DNA of 61,363 nt, filler included, from Kipferlia bialata (Eukaryota): assembly GCA_003568945.1 (NCBI GenBank). It is 4 parts of 4 records of this genome, joined end to end, with 100 filler letters (N's around TTAATTAATTAA, not from the genome) between each part and the next. Parts side by side here need not be neighbours in the genome. Positions count along the whole stretch, not along the records: positions 1 to 22,233 come from BDIP01000300.1; positions 22,334 to 44,562 come from BDIP01000301.1; 2 more parts are not named here. One strand, written 5' to 3'. Below the pieces are notes generated by a model that did no database searches, was not told the DNA's origin, and saw only the letters and a program-made list of their open reading frames with translations. Below are positions 15,401 to 28,600 of the stretch, piece by piece (the stretch's first letter is position 1; the number at the start of each line of letters is the position of its first letter). The position numbers and the translations under genes are program-made.

Positions 15401-17529
15401 ATACCCCAAGGAGTTCATGGCCAGTTGTTGACGCCCTGGTCCGAGTATCTACTCTGTGTGTGTCCTTGCCCCCGTCAGTCAACCCGATGGTGTCCGCCAT
15501 TCTTAGTGTGCCGCAGCCACTGATTGACTCTCTCTCGGAGTATGATACGGGCATGTCCTCATCACCTTGGTGTGCTCCATATGTGAGTCCACAGTTCTCT
15601 GATGCAATGCTGCGTCTTCTTCGTGGGTTTGTACGAACCTTTGGGATGCACAGTGATGTCCTTAGAAGCAACTGTGGCAACACCCAGGTAAGATAGTGAA
15701 AGTATCATTATTCGTGTATCCCTTAAGTCAATGACTCCAGGTGCAAGTCTCTCTGCTTGTCCAACAGATTGTGGCTCTTGCGCACTTCCTCTCCAGACAC
15801 TCTGAGGAGAGTACCCTGGCGTTCACCAATGTCCCTATTCGGCTAGTCCCCAGGTACCCTGGTACTACGTCTGCCCCAGTGTGGGAGGGAAGGCAGACAG
15901 ATGCTTGGTTAGGGGAGGGCTGTGCGAGGGATTCAGAGGAGCTGATCCATCCTATCGCCACCATTCAGTCCCTAGGGTTCGGCCTTTCATTTAGAGCCCC
16001 TGGAAGTGGTGCATTCTACTCCTCAATGGGAGTGCAGTACATGATGAGGGAGTTTGAGGACTACTCTCTATGTCTGGGAGCCCTTGCGGCTAGTCCACTC
16101 CATGAGATCGTGGTGGAGGTAAGGGGTACACTCTTATATGTTGGTATTCCATAACAGTCAGTGACTGGATGGTTTGACACTACCATTAACTTTAGGTACC
16201 GGGTAACAGCCATGTCTTCCGAAAGAGTGATGACCAGTTCAGTGTGGGTAGGCTGGGGCTGAGTCACAGCGGTAGCGGCAGTACGAGTGGCAGTAGATCC
16301 GCATGGTTCCGGTCTCGATCATGGTATGGGACCAGGTCTAATACATCTGAAGAGTCAGGCACACAGTCTATCAGGGGGGGAGTCCAATTGCGTGTTGGTG
16401 CCCCAAAGAGAACCAAACGGATGCTCTGCAAGACTGTTGTCAATGCAATTGAGCGGTCCTATGACTACGGCCCAGAGATAGTACTGGCATATCCCTCAGA
16501 GAGAGACTACATCATGAGTTCAGTTCCAGACTCGACATTTGCGTCATTCAACTCCTTGGAGCAGTTGGTACTATTCCACACACCCCACAGTACTCAACGG
16601 TGAGTTCTATACTATATCCTGTCACAGCCATGGTACCGCATGTATGTTCGTGTCTATTCCTCCACTAATTCAGGTGTCTGCTCGCCGACTTTGTCTCGCC
16701 CCTGAGTCTGCAGGTATCAAGGTCATCAAAGGGACTCAGGCAGTTCAGAGATGTATTGGGTCAGCTCTTCCCTCCAATTGGGAGCACCCGCCATCAGAAC
16801 AGGGATCCAGTGTCTGATTCTGGACCTATGGAGATGGCAGTCCTGGGCGATGGACTGGATGCCCCATCCTATCGGTTCATGCAGCTTTGCCTGCCACTTC
16901 TAGACAGGGACTCACTCTTCTCGGTACATGACCTGTTGCTCAGATGCCCTGTTTCGGCGTGGGTTAGTGGCGAGTATGGGGATATCACTTCTCTCTCCCT
17001 TGCTGCAAAGAGAGGTGTGCTAAGTGCCATGAGAGTCCTACACGCCTCAGAGGCCTCAAGTCAGCTGCACCACCACAAGCTGCAGTTCAGCACCTCTCCC
17101 ATCCCTGGGAGGGGTGTGTGCGTGGCACTGACAGTGACTATGGTGGGCTTCGTCGTGTCAGCCAGTGGGGAAGATGCACTCACCGAGTCCCATCTGCTGC
17201 CTAGCCAGTCCATCACCCTCTATGCTGCTGTATCAACCACAGGTGAGATGGCCCGGTGTCATACACCCCTTCATGTGAGGAGGTCCCCCGACGGTCAGGA
17301 CTTCATTGTGCCCCGTGTACCCATTCCCCTCTCACCCCTCTCTGGGGTGGGAGAGGTGCCACAGACACCGCGTCTACCAGTCAATCCTACCACATCCGCA
17401 GATGACACTAACACAGTGCACATGCCTGTCCTGCTAGAGGGTGACACGGTGGGGACTGTTTCTCTGCACACCCTTGTGCACAGAGCATACTGGTATAGCA
17501 CAGGGGCACACTTTGACATTGGGCTGTGA
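469..17529 (+). CDS. Multi-exon, highly divergent dynein heavy chain-like protein (5' end uncertain)
   Basis: Chain of + strand ORFs linked by short GT-AG introns. LLRTPSLRSRHFTAIFSLTG...TTIGELLSK...VIRQVVEKSETEAAVENTITEMNK (about 5340-5670) resembles the dynein linker (DHC_N2). STAIADGHIVTLLGYERL...GFLLMFLP...FRYTDMRMP (7550-7920) is collinear with AAA1. EYHVSPFTLL resembles the pre-stalk YVTPTSYL motif. C-terminal MPVLL...VGTVSL...AYWYSTGA resembles the dynein C-terminus. Overall size fits. Confidence 0.75.
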
Positions 17530-17629
17530 GGGTTACCACAATTAGTAAATGGGATGTTGTAGCTTGATTTATGTCTCTAATAGAGTCTGTCAGAGGGACA
17601 GTGACACACTTGGTTATCAATTCACACTT

Positions 17630-17907
17630 ATGGCTGTTGCCATGGTAATTGCAACCAATATCTACATACCATCAGATAAGAAGGCTAAACCCTCAAGTTA
17701 TAGTAGTAACTCAATCCAATCGTGTTCCTGTCCAACGCCTTTCGACATCTTTCATCCCCACCAGGTATCTCCCCGCTGTCCCCCCATTGTCCATGTGCTG
17801 CACTTTTCAGTTATCGTGGCCAGGATGTGTCTACTACAGTGTGTGGGTCTACTGTCCCCCGTACTGTAGTCGTATTAGATGGCCTCAATGATCCCAAGGA
17901 GAGTGCC

Positions 17908-17952
<45 letters not shown>

Positions 17953-20900
17953 GCCCCCCCCCCCCCCCCCATCCACGCCCTATGTCTCCCTCTGTCCACC
18001 TTCTCCTTAAGACAAGGATCATTGGTTTCTTTGCCACGTCTCTCAGGTCTTACTCTCAGGTGTGCATTTCTCTTGATGCTTCGGGGTCGATGGGCGGGTC
18101 AGACGGCTCTTCTGGAGGGACAACGAAGATGGAGGTGTGTGGTTGTACTAAATTGTACTGGCTGACGCATTGCATTCTGCCAGTGACACTGACTCTTCAG
18201 ACGGCCATTGTCACCAGCCTGGAGTTCCTTGACGAACTCAACGACGTGACCCCCGTCAAGGACAAGGCATCTGCCAACTACTGGGATGAATTTCTCATTA
18301 TGCGTGAGCCCACCACCCCAGGCCTTGTGGATGACTACACCGACATTAGGGTGTGTGTCATTCTCTTCTGTCATGATGTGTTGTATATATATATGTATAT
18401 ATATACATATGGATACGTGTTGCTGTATTGGAGGGAGTATTTCTACACCCTTCCTCTTTCTCACTCACCTCAGGCCATGATTGAAGACATCGTTGACGAC
18501 GGGTACACCAACCTCACTGTCGGTCTTGGGGCATGCCTCGCCGACTTCCAGGCAGTGGGTACCGATCCCAACCTGTTCAGCAAGGCAGTCATCTTCCTCA
18601 GTGACGGGAGGGAGACCAGGGGTCTTCCCTATTTCAACACAGGTGTGAGGTCTTTGGGAAACTGTCCTTTCCATTCTGAATCATTCTCTATATCTTACGC
18701 AGGCCACGACATTGCTGTTGCCCTCGGCGCTCTAGGGGTCAAGATCTTCTCCATTGGTCTTGGCAATAATGTTGGCGAAGGTATGTCAGTATATATATTC
18801 TACCCTTGATGCATTTCGATACCATAAAGAGTCAGATGTGATCAGAGACTTATAGTCCTTTTGTGTTCTAATCTAATCTTCAGCCGAGATGGACGACATG
18901 GCTAAATCTGGAGCTCCTGGGGGTATGTTCTTCGAGGGAGTGGACCAGGCCACCCTCCCAGCCATCTTTGCTGCCATCCTGGAGTCCATCACCATCGCGC
19001 TTGCCCCTTCTGACGTTGATATCACCGAGATCACCGAGCCTTACATCATCGACGAGCCCCCCTTCTCCCCTAACGCCCCTGACAACACCAGTGGTAGCAA
19101 CACCTTCGAGTGGGAAGACGTCAGCAACAAGCTCAACCCCCCTGACGACTACCTCACCGAGGACGAGTCCTACGTCATCACATTCGTCGCTAAGGTAACG
19201 ATGAGGTTTTCGTTTCCTATACTTTCCCGGTACTCATGTTATGACTGTATCCCACACCCAGGCGGATCAATGTGGCACTGACCTTCCCGTGGACGCCGCC
19301 GGTGCCGAGGTCAACTATATCGATGAGGATAACATCCCCCGGGTCGTGACCATTCCCCCTGGGTCCATCACCGTGCTGTGTGAGGACACCTGCGAGGAGT
19401 GTGTCCACATCGGCAAGGTCTGGTGCGTTAAGGCCGGCGACCACGACGACGAGTGTGTGTTCGAGAATGAGGTGGACGGCACCTGCATCGCCACATCCGA
19501 GACCAACCCCAACTGCGACTTCACCAACACCTGCCAGGCCTGCGCTGCCTTGGATGGTTACGTCTGGTGCCTGGATGTGAACGGCGACGGCGACTGCGTC
19601 GACAGGGACCTGTCTGATGGTTGCGCCTACGTGGTAGACACCCAGCACGAGTGTGACCTGGAGCCTCTTACTGATTGTGGTGACTGTATTGAGCTTGACG
19701 GCTCCTGGTGTTACCGCCTGTCCCCTGCGGAGGGTGAGTGTGTACCCGACGGTGACAGCCCGCCGGCCGACTGCAACGATGTCATCGAGGTCGATACCGA
19801 GTGTGATCCCGATGTCCCCATCAACTGTCAGGATTGTCTTGACCTGTTTAACACGGTGTGGTGTGTGTTGCCTGGTGACACTGATGATATCTGCCTTGAT
19901 TCCTCCGATACATGCTCAGGAATTGCCATCACTGACTGTGGCGCCCCCAACATGTGTGTAGAGTGTGTCGCCAGAGACGAGTACGAGTGGTGTGTTGTGG
20001 ATGACACTGGCTCCTGCGTGCTCGAGGGCACCGAGGCCTGCGACTATGTCATTGAGGACGCTGCTCTGTGTGGCGAGGACCCTGACACCTGCNNNNNNNN
20101 NNNNNNNNNNNNNNNNNNNNNNNNNNNNNNNNNNNNNNNNNNNNNNNNNNNNNNNNNNNNNNNNNNNNNNNNNNNNNNNNNNNNNNNNNNNNNNNNNNNN
20201 NNNNNNNNNNNNNNNNNNNNNNNNNNNNNNNNNNNNNNNNNNNNNNNNNNNNNNNNNNNNNNNNNNNNNNNNNNNNNNNNNNNNNNNNNNNNNNNNNNNN
20301 NNNNNNNNNNNNNNNNNNNNNNNNNNNNNNNNNNNNNNNNNNNNNNNNNNNNNNNNNNNNNNNNNNNNNNNNNNNNNNNNNNNNNNNNNNNNNNNNNNNN
20401 NNNNNNNNNNNNNNNNNNNNNNNNNNNNNNNNNNNNNNNNNNNNNNNNNNNNNNNNNNNNNNNNNNNNNNNNNNNNNNNNNNNNNNNNNNNNNNNNNNNN
20501 NNNNNNNNNNNNNNNNNNNNNNNNNNNNNNNNNNNNNNNNNNNNNNNNNNNNNNNNNNNNNNNNNNNNNNNNNNNNNNNNNNNNNNNNNNNNNNNNNNNN
20601 NNNNNNACAGTATGGTGTGTCCTGCCAGATGAGAACGATGATCTCTGCCTCGCTTCCGCCGCCGACTGCATAATCAACTACTCTGGCGTCCCCATAGAGG
20701 ACTGTGGCGCCCCCGACATGTGTGAGGCATGTATTGCTAGAGACGAGTACGAGTGGTGTTTTGTGGGTGACACTGGCTCCTGCGTGCTCGAGAACAGCGT
20801 GAACTGCGACTATGTCATTGAGGACGCTGCTCTGTGTGACGAGGACCCCGACACCTGCGAGGGCTGCCTTGCCCTCGGTAACACCTGGTGTGTGAGGGCT

Positions 20901-22233
20901 GGCCAGTTGGATGAGTGCCGCGCCCCAGGGGAGAGTGTGTCTGACTGCATTGTCGAACCCTCTGTACCTGCTGACACCTGCAACCCTAACCCTAACTGTG
21001 ACATCTGCGTGGCCTGGGACGACTACGTATACTGCCTGGACGAGAACGGTGTTGGCGAGTGTGTTCTAGAGACACTCTCTGGCGACTGCAGCTACGTTGT
21101 TGAGACGCAGGACGAGTGTCTGTTAGAACCCCTGGATGACTGCGGGGATTGCATTGAGCTCGACGGCTCCTGGTGTTTCCGCCTCCCTCCCGCTGAGGGT
21201 GAGTGTGTTCCAGATGGAGAGCTTCCACCACCCGACTGCAACAGTATCATTACCGATGATGAAGACTGTGACCAGGGCGTGCCCGAAGACTGTGATGCTT
21301 GTCTGCGGCTGGAGGGCACTGTCTGGTGTGTCGGTGAGGGCCTAGACGACCAGTGCACATCACGGACCCAGTGCGCTATACTACAGGGGACACCCTACGT
21401 TGAGTGTACTCCACCTGATTGCTGTCCCCTCTGCCTAGACTGGGATGATCACTTCTGGTGTGTCAACGACGGTACTGGAGAGTGCAGAGAGAGCCCTACC
21501 AGTGATGAGTGTGACTACATTGTGAGGGACATCGATGAGTGTGACATTGGAAGCGGTGCTGCTACATGTGACGTATGCGTGGATGTTGGTGGAACCTGGT
21601 GCCTCAGGCTGGATGGGGACGATGAGTGCCTGTTCCCAGGAGACGACGACACAGGTTGCAACGGTCTCCTCTCTGTTGGAGAGTGTGATGACACCTACGA
21701 TACGTGTGATGACTGTTTCACTCTGGTTGACACTGTATGGTGCTACACCTGCCTGGGAGGAGAGTGTAGAGATACTCGCGACAGAGATGGTTGTGATGAG
21801 GTTGTGCTATCAGACGCCGGCTGTATCGACGTCCCTCCTGAGACCGAGTGTGATGAGTGCACTGCTCTTGGCTGGTACTACTGTGTGAGGCTGTTTGGCG
21901 ACAGTGAGTGTGTCCAGCCCGGACAGCAGTGTGACTGTGATCTTGTTGTCAAGACCCCAGGTGACTGTGACGATGTTCCTGAGTTCCCTGAGGTCTGCGA
22001 GGACTGCCTGGCTGCCGACTACACGTGGTGCGAGACCCCCTTCGGTTACCTCTGTGTGGGAGACGTCGATTACTGTGTCATCATAGGCGGTCTACCCGTT
22101 ACTGAGCCTGAGGACTGTCCAAGGGGCAACCCCACCCTCCCCTGCCCCAAGTGCGTCAACAACGGGTACCTCTTCTGTGCCAGAGGCGAGGACGAGGAGT
22201 CTTACTGCACAGACTCCGAGCTGGAGTGTCTGG
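17630..22233 (+). CDS. von Willebrand A domain protein followed by many Cys-rich CxxC-x(5-6)-WC repeats; probable surface or secreted protein; truncated at contig end, start uncertain
   Basis: MIDAS motif ISLDASGSMG (about 18065-18095), then GYTNL, VIFLSDG and VKIFSIGLG. From about 19390 a long acidic Cys-rich repeat ORF. Confidence 0.85.
19500..21290 (+). repeat. Internal coding duplications of the Cys-rich modules
   Basis: 19933-20092 is nearly identical to 20700-20858. 19640-19800 (LEPLTDCGDCIELDGSWCYRL) matches 21110-21270 (LEPLDDCGDCIELDGSWCFRL). Confidence 0.85.
20093..20606. other. Scaffold gap (N run) inside the repeat region
   Basis: Run of N. Confidence 0.99.
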
Positions 22234-22333
22234 NNNNNNNNNNNNNNNNNNNNNNNNNNNNNNNNNNNNNNNNNNNNTTAATTAATTAANNNNNNNNNNN
22301 NNNNNNNNNNNNNNNNNNNNNNNNNNNNNNNNN
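22234..22333. other. Artificial contig spacer
   Basis: N run, TTAATTAATTAA at 22278-22289 (stops in all six frames), N run. Confidence 0.97.
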
Positions 22334-22383
<50 letters not shown>

Positions 22384-22539
22384 GACAGAAGGAGAGGTGA
22401 AGATGAGTCTCTCAAAAGAACGCTGGAACTCCTAGCCGCAACCAAGTGACTCATAGACACATCAGAATCAATGACATACTGATACAGATATGATTAGAAG
22501 TGAAATGGGTTGATCATCCCTATCTATAGACCACCGGCC

Positions 22540-22705
22540 CTACCTTAGTGTTGTTGGTGTGCCTCTGTGTGTGGTGTGTCATGCGGCCTGACTGGGCCAC
22601 TGCCACCTCCCGCATGTCTCTCCTCCTTGTCATGGCAGACAGAGACACGGTGGGGGGGGCAGCCATGGCACCCGCCCGAGGGGTGGCCTGGGGGGTGTGG
22701 GACAT
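22540..22705 (-). CDS. Possible first exon of a gene running off the contig end
   Basis: GC-rich ORF MSHTPQ...NNTK ending at AAG/gtaggg; no recognisable homology. Confidence 0.25.
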
Positions 22706-23060
22706 GGGTCGCTCCCTTCTTATGAGTGTGTATCAGCCAAGGTCAATCAGATGATGGTCCTGTGCACACGTTGACGATGACTAGCCTGTCGAGAGAGAGG
22801 TTACGGGCTACGACTGGACCCTTCAATTGTAACATCAAAAACACTGGATCTCAGTGCCTACACAGTGTAGGCTACACTTTGTTGTGACATAGTGGGACGT
22901 ATTACTATTATCCCAGATATGAATATTCGCGACAAGAGGGGACGTAGAGTACTAAATTAGTGCTCAGAGCACCATTAGTAACTAATGACATGTGGTATTG
23001 TCCCAGATAGGTCTTCTATGTCTGCTAATACCACACTCCGAAATATTAATAACACAAGGT

Positions 23061-23609
23061 CTAGTAGCCGGAGCACCCGCACTTCGTCTGTCCAGTAAAC
23101 TGGCAAGACCCGCCCGTACCATAGCAGGACCCGGCGCAGGCGTCTGGGTGAGAACTCGAGATGGGGGAAGTCTGAAACACTGGATTGGGGAGATGGAATG
23201 AAAAGAGACATATACGTCCTGGATGAGATGTGGGGGGGGGGGGGTTATGTCCATACCAGTTCCTCACCGTAGAAGTAGTCATAGGCACAGTCACTGCAGC
23301 GGCAGCTGGGCATGAGACGGGCATCAGTGTCCAGAAAACGAAGAGGCAGGAAATAAAGTAAGTGTGAGAGCTACTGTTTACCATACCTTCCGGGTGACAC
23401 CATCATGCACGTGGTGTCCATGGTGTGGGAGGGGCAGGTGCCTGGGATAAATAATCGCCAAATATTTGAATGGGATTGGAAGTAATCAACGAAGACAAAA
23501 CTGCTCGACACTAACCTACACACATCCTGTGGTGGGGGTCCAGGTGGCAATCCTCGCCTGCCATCACGAAAATGACACACAGTAGCGCAAACAGCAGAGT
23601 CGAGAGCAT
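23061..23609 (-). CDS. 89-aa secreted peptide with two tandem 6-Cys defensin-like (CxxxC / CxC) modules; 4 exons
   Basis: Exons 23609-23516, 23441-23387, 23305-23268 and 23143-23061, all GT-AG and in phase, give MLSTLLFALLCVIFVMAGEDCHLDPHHRMCVGTCPSHTMDTTCMMVSPGSCRCSDCAYDYFYDACAGSCYGTGGSCQFTGQTKCGCSGY*. Confidence 0.8.
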
Positions 23610-23908
23610 ATGCTAGAAGAGACTTGTGTCTGGATATTTGAACAGGCACCTAAAAAGGGTTCTCGCACTGTTGCGCAAAAACTCTCGGTGCAGTAGCCGC
23701 CAATGTAACAGCCTGTTATACGACCTGGTATTAAAAGGTCAGCTGTTATCAACAGCTCAGCCTCTTGTTGACTGTCTATTGAGTATCATAGACCGAAATT
23801 GTATTGAAAGGTTGCAGAAAAAGGACAGCGACACTCATTGACATTGCCCAAGGGTATTAAACTGAACATATGAACCTATATATCATCTAATAGAGGAGTA
23901 TGCATCTC

Positions 23909-25121
23909 CTAAGCCACCTGGCAGATGTCTTCCATCTGGCCAGAGTCCTCACTCTCTGTATCTTCGTCTGATACGCCTGGCTCTCGATCAATATCCCAGG
24001 GGTGGTACGCAGGTGCCCATTCCAAGGACTGCACCCCATGGCACTCATCACTACAGACACCCTCAAACAGACACGTGTAGACGTGCAACTCCCTATAGTC
24101 CTTGAACCCCAGCACTAGGTGCATATCCTCCCACACACAGGTGGCAGAGTGAGGACGGGTGCGGGTGATGCCTCTCCGTAACAATGCCCACTCACCTGAG
24201 ACAGGGCTGAACAGCCATACCCTCCTTCGCAATCTGTCGAAACAGGAGTCATATGCAGCCACATACCTGGATCCCAGTCTCTCTATCACGCTTTGGGCAG
24301 ACAAGGGAGTGGGATACACACCCAATGTGTATGAGACAGGTCCCCCCTTAGACACTGTGGGTGTGGGGCAGAATGCATACATCAGAATGGCATGATCAAC
24401 AGCACTCCTTGTCAGCAGATAGGCTGTGTCACCTAGAGTCACAGTGTCAATGATTTCACAGACACTCTCCTTGTGTATCCTTGGGAGGGGTGGTCCCTCA
24501 CACCGCACCCACCCCAGGGATGGGTCTCTGGTGTCGAAGCAGGCCACACTCAGGGGCTGGGGGCCAATCATTGGCCAGTCAAAGGACACGTGATATACCC
24601 TATGTCCCACACAGATCACAACATCGCCACTGGGGGATGAGGAAGAGACATCATGTATCCAAACAGTAGCATGAGGTGTATAAACATTGTTGCGGTCATA
24701 CGCTACCACATGGTGACTGTAATGATACGCTGTTGCAGAACATCATGTGGTATAGAGAGGGGAGACATAGATACGCACACAAATACACATACCCACGCCA
24801 CCGCAGAGACGGGTGCCTTCCCTGGTACACTGTGTGCCACTCGAGGGTGTCCAGGGAGAGGCCTATCACAGAGGAGCCGGGAACACACGCATACACAACC
24901 CCATCGATACAGAACAGAGAGGCCTCTCTCAGATGGGTCAGCCACTGCAGGGTGTCCACATCGCTATCGATTGATACAGATCCGTCCCTGTCGACACTGA
25001 GGATGGAGCACAGACGACTGGCCTTGGTACGGCATGCCGACTCTCTGTTGAAGTGTTCTCTCTCTACAGCAGTCAGCAGCAGCACCCTGTTACCGCCCAG
25101 GGGCACAGCCTGTGTGCCCAT
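23909..25121 (-). CDS. Divergent kelch/beta-propeller-like protein (two ORFs joined by one intron; start uncertain)
   Basis: ORFs 24696-25121 and 23909-24709 with blade-like motifs (LSLDTLEWH, CVGHRVYH, FDTRDPSLGW, LGDTAYLL, FSPVSGEW). Confidence 0.55.
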
Positions 25122-25651
25122 CTCCCAGGGGTCACACCCGGCAGTGGAGACATTGAGGGAGGGAGACAGACCCCGACAGTGAGGGAGGAGAGGGGGGGAG
25201 GGAAGGGGGGGGGGGTAGAAAGTGTCACACCAGAATGGCCAAGAATTAGAGGAAGTAAATGGACGAGTCAGGCTTGGGCTAGTCAGAAGATAGCTGAAAT
25301 GAGACCCATTGTGGAATTCATTCTCAAAAGTATCCTATCCATTCCTACACGTGCATAACCCACGCAACAACTTGGTAGTTCCAACACACACCTTATTCAT
25401 GCATTCCGTGTTGTTTCAAATACTCCAGTCTTGGATAGAGGAGAGCGAGAGGAAGTGACCATCATGAATTTGGCATGTCCCTGAACCCTCAATCCGATAG
25501 ACCTAGTAATTCACAGTCTGTGAATCACAGACACAATGTCACAGGCCACTCTATTGTTGGACTAGAAGGCTACAGGGGACCCAATGTGGGGGTGTAAATA
25601 CAAAATAATAAAGAAATAACCCTCTGCCTCTCACCACTAAACAATACATGC

Positions 25652-28600
25652 CTATAGACCCTCATACTCACTCTCATCACTCTCATCACTCTCAGGACTC
25701 TCTGCCTCTGACCCTGACTGGTATCCGCCACCATGCTCTGCCTCTGGATCATCGGCATCTGATGATAGTACCTGGAACGCAGTGGCGGGTGTCCCCTTGA
25801 GGGATATGCTGAGGCTGACACTGGCGTCAGACGCCCCTTCACCCTCAGCATCTGAGTCTTGGGGGCCTGCACCCCCAACTCCTTCTGCATCTGCCTCTGT
25901 CCCAGGCCCCAGCCACCTGACCCCCACGGGCCATGCAAACGGTCTCTCTATGGCAGCACAGACCTCTGCCACGACCCCTGCCTCAGTGCCATACAGGGCA
26001 CCTATCACGGCAGAGCACAGGGCGTGTGCCACCTGCTGCGCCTCCTCCAGCCTCGAGTCCATCTCGTCCCTCAGGGACCCAGAGCACGGGGTGGCCAGGC
26101 AGGCCGTGGTGGACACTATACCCATGATGTCCCTGACTACAGAGGCAGTGCAGGGGTAGTACTGCCCAGCCAGCAGCTTGACTATGACAGAGCTGACATC
26201 CGCTGCCAGGGGCACCACCTCCCAGTAGTTGGGTACCCTAGCTAGGGTGGATACTGGGCTGTACCAGTTCTGGATGATGGGCAGGTATGGGCTGGCCAGA
26301 CATGATAACATGGCCAGGGCAGCCACCAGCTGGTGACAGGGTGGGAGGGGTGCATGGGGGCATGGGGGCTGGATGAGGCCTGGGTGGGTGGGTGCATGTA
26401 CATGGGAGGGGGAGGGCCATGTCTCCTGGGCCCCATCCTCCTCCTCCTCTGCCTCGGTGTCTCCCTGCAGCCTCTCCACCCTATCACAAGACAGGGCAGT
26501 CAGGCTAATGGACACACCCCTGTCATACACCCCACTCGATGACTCCACTGGGTCTCTGCCATCCCCCTTGGGTATGTCGCCCTCCTTGACTCTGACGTGC
26601 ATGCAGAGAGAATCAGCCTCTGCCACACCCTCCTTACACTGCATATAGTGCAGGGCCTCCCTGACATCCCCCACCCTGGCTATGTATGGTCTGCATACCC
26701 ACTGCTCTGCTATGTCCACAGCCATGTACAGAGGCGTGTCTGCCTCCAGCAGCACCTCCCCCACCATGGCACTGACAGAGAGGGGGGTGTCCATCACAAC
26801 AGTGCCCATCCTCCCTACCTCCAGGGCACCACTCTTAGACCCACCACCGGTCTCACTGTACACAATACCCTGGTACTTCTTCTTGTACCATGCGTTGCTG
26901 TATGGGAAGATGTCGTCCTCCTCCTCTGCATCGGCCCCTTCCTCCACGCCCTCTCCTTCTCCCTCTGCACCCTCTGTCTTGACTATGTTGACGTCACTGG
27001 GTACCAGCAGCTGACCGAGGTCGATGGGGGGTAGCTTCACAGACAGGGGGCTGCTCTCACCAGACCCACTCCCATCCTCACCCTCCCCCTCCTCCCCCAC
27101 TGATGACACATCTGCTGCCCACTCCTGTGCCGCCTCTCTCTGCAGTGCAATGGATGCTAACTCATACTGCTCCTGCCTCCTCTTGTCTGCCTCCCACTGT
27201 CGCCTCTGTCTACCTAGCATACGGCTGTTGCTCCTACCAACCTCCCTCACAGAGAGGGAGAGGGTAGAGGTATCTGCGTCATAGCCTGTGGCTGCTGAGA
27301 AGGCGCACTGGTGTCTGTAACAGAACTCCCTGACCTCCCTGCTGGCACACCACCCCTGGTCGCCAAAGGTGTCGGTGTGGGGTATGAACACCCCCTCGTC
27401 AGGCACTGATTCCTCGGGTAGCTGGGGCAGGGGTTGTTGGGTGTCCCCACCATCACCCACCACCAGCATATCGATGTCCCCACTCCCCTCTGTCTCCTGC
27501 TGTGTGTCCTCTCCCTCACCCATGTTCATTACCTCAGACATCCACTCAGCATACTGGTATGACCCCACAGTGCTAGGCTTGTGTCTCCTGTGATACAAAG
27601 TGACTGTCTCATTGTCTGCCTTGCCCTTGATGGCAGCTACTATAGACGTATCTACTAAGGGCAGAGTGGGACTGTGCCTCAGTATGCCACACCCATCCGG
27701 CACATAGAGAGAGGGCATGTCCGACATACCACCCTCGCTGATGGCCAGGTGGGTCAGGGAGGGGGAGAGCAGGAAGTCCAGATACCACTGGGACAGGGGG
27801 TTGGGGTAGCACCCATACGTTTCACACGCATCGCTCTGTACCAACCTGTCCGCCTCCCTACCCTCCCACTCCCCCTCGCGTACATCACTCACACAGACGG
27901 TGGCCTTTCCGACACATATCTGGTGCCCGTACTGTGTACCGTGCCCATCCATGTCGTGTGTCATATCCACTAGGTCCAGGGTGACATCAGTGACTGTGTA
28001 TACACACTGGGCAGGGGGCGCAGGGGGCAGGTCTCCCTTGATCAGACCCAGGGCAGACATGCACTCCAGACACCGCTGTCTATCAATGGGGTCGATGGTC
28101 ACCCTCTCCCCCACCACAGGGGTCCAGGGCAGGATACGCTCCACACCTGGGGCAGGGCAAGCCAGGAGTCGCCTCACTAGCCCTGACCCCCTGACCAGGT
28201 CTCTGACATCTGAGGCATCGCCAAGCAGGGCCTTCCTTGATCTGCCCCTCTGCCTCAGCCGGTGGTACTGGGCCACCAGCCTGTCCTCCTCAGCGGTGAA
28301 GGGAGAGGGGTCTACAGTGTCTGTGGGTCTGAGCCTGGGGTACTCCTCCAGGGCATAGGGCACAGTGCTGCCAGGCGACATGGCCACAGGGGACTCGGCC
28401 TCGTAACCTGCACTCTCACCCTCACTCGCACTCTCGCTCTCACTCTCACTCTCTGAGTCCACTACAGTCTGGCGTCTGGTTCGCACCGTCCTCCGTCTGG
28501 TCCTCCTAGTCTCCCCACCCCGTATCCTCTGGGCCTCTCTGATCAGACCGGTCGACTCAGCAAGGCGCTCTCGGGCCTGGGTCAGTATCCACATACAGTA

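Noticed and set aside
22278..22289. TTAATTAATTAA palindrome, also at 44607 and 57001
   Set aside because: Identical, centred in N runs and encodes six-frame stops: an artificial contig linker, not a piggyBac site or regulatory motif.
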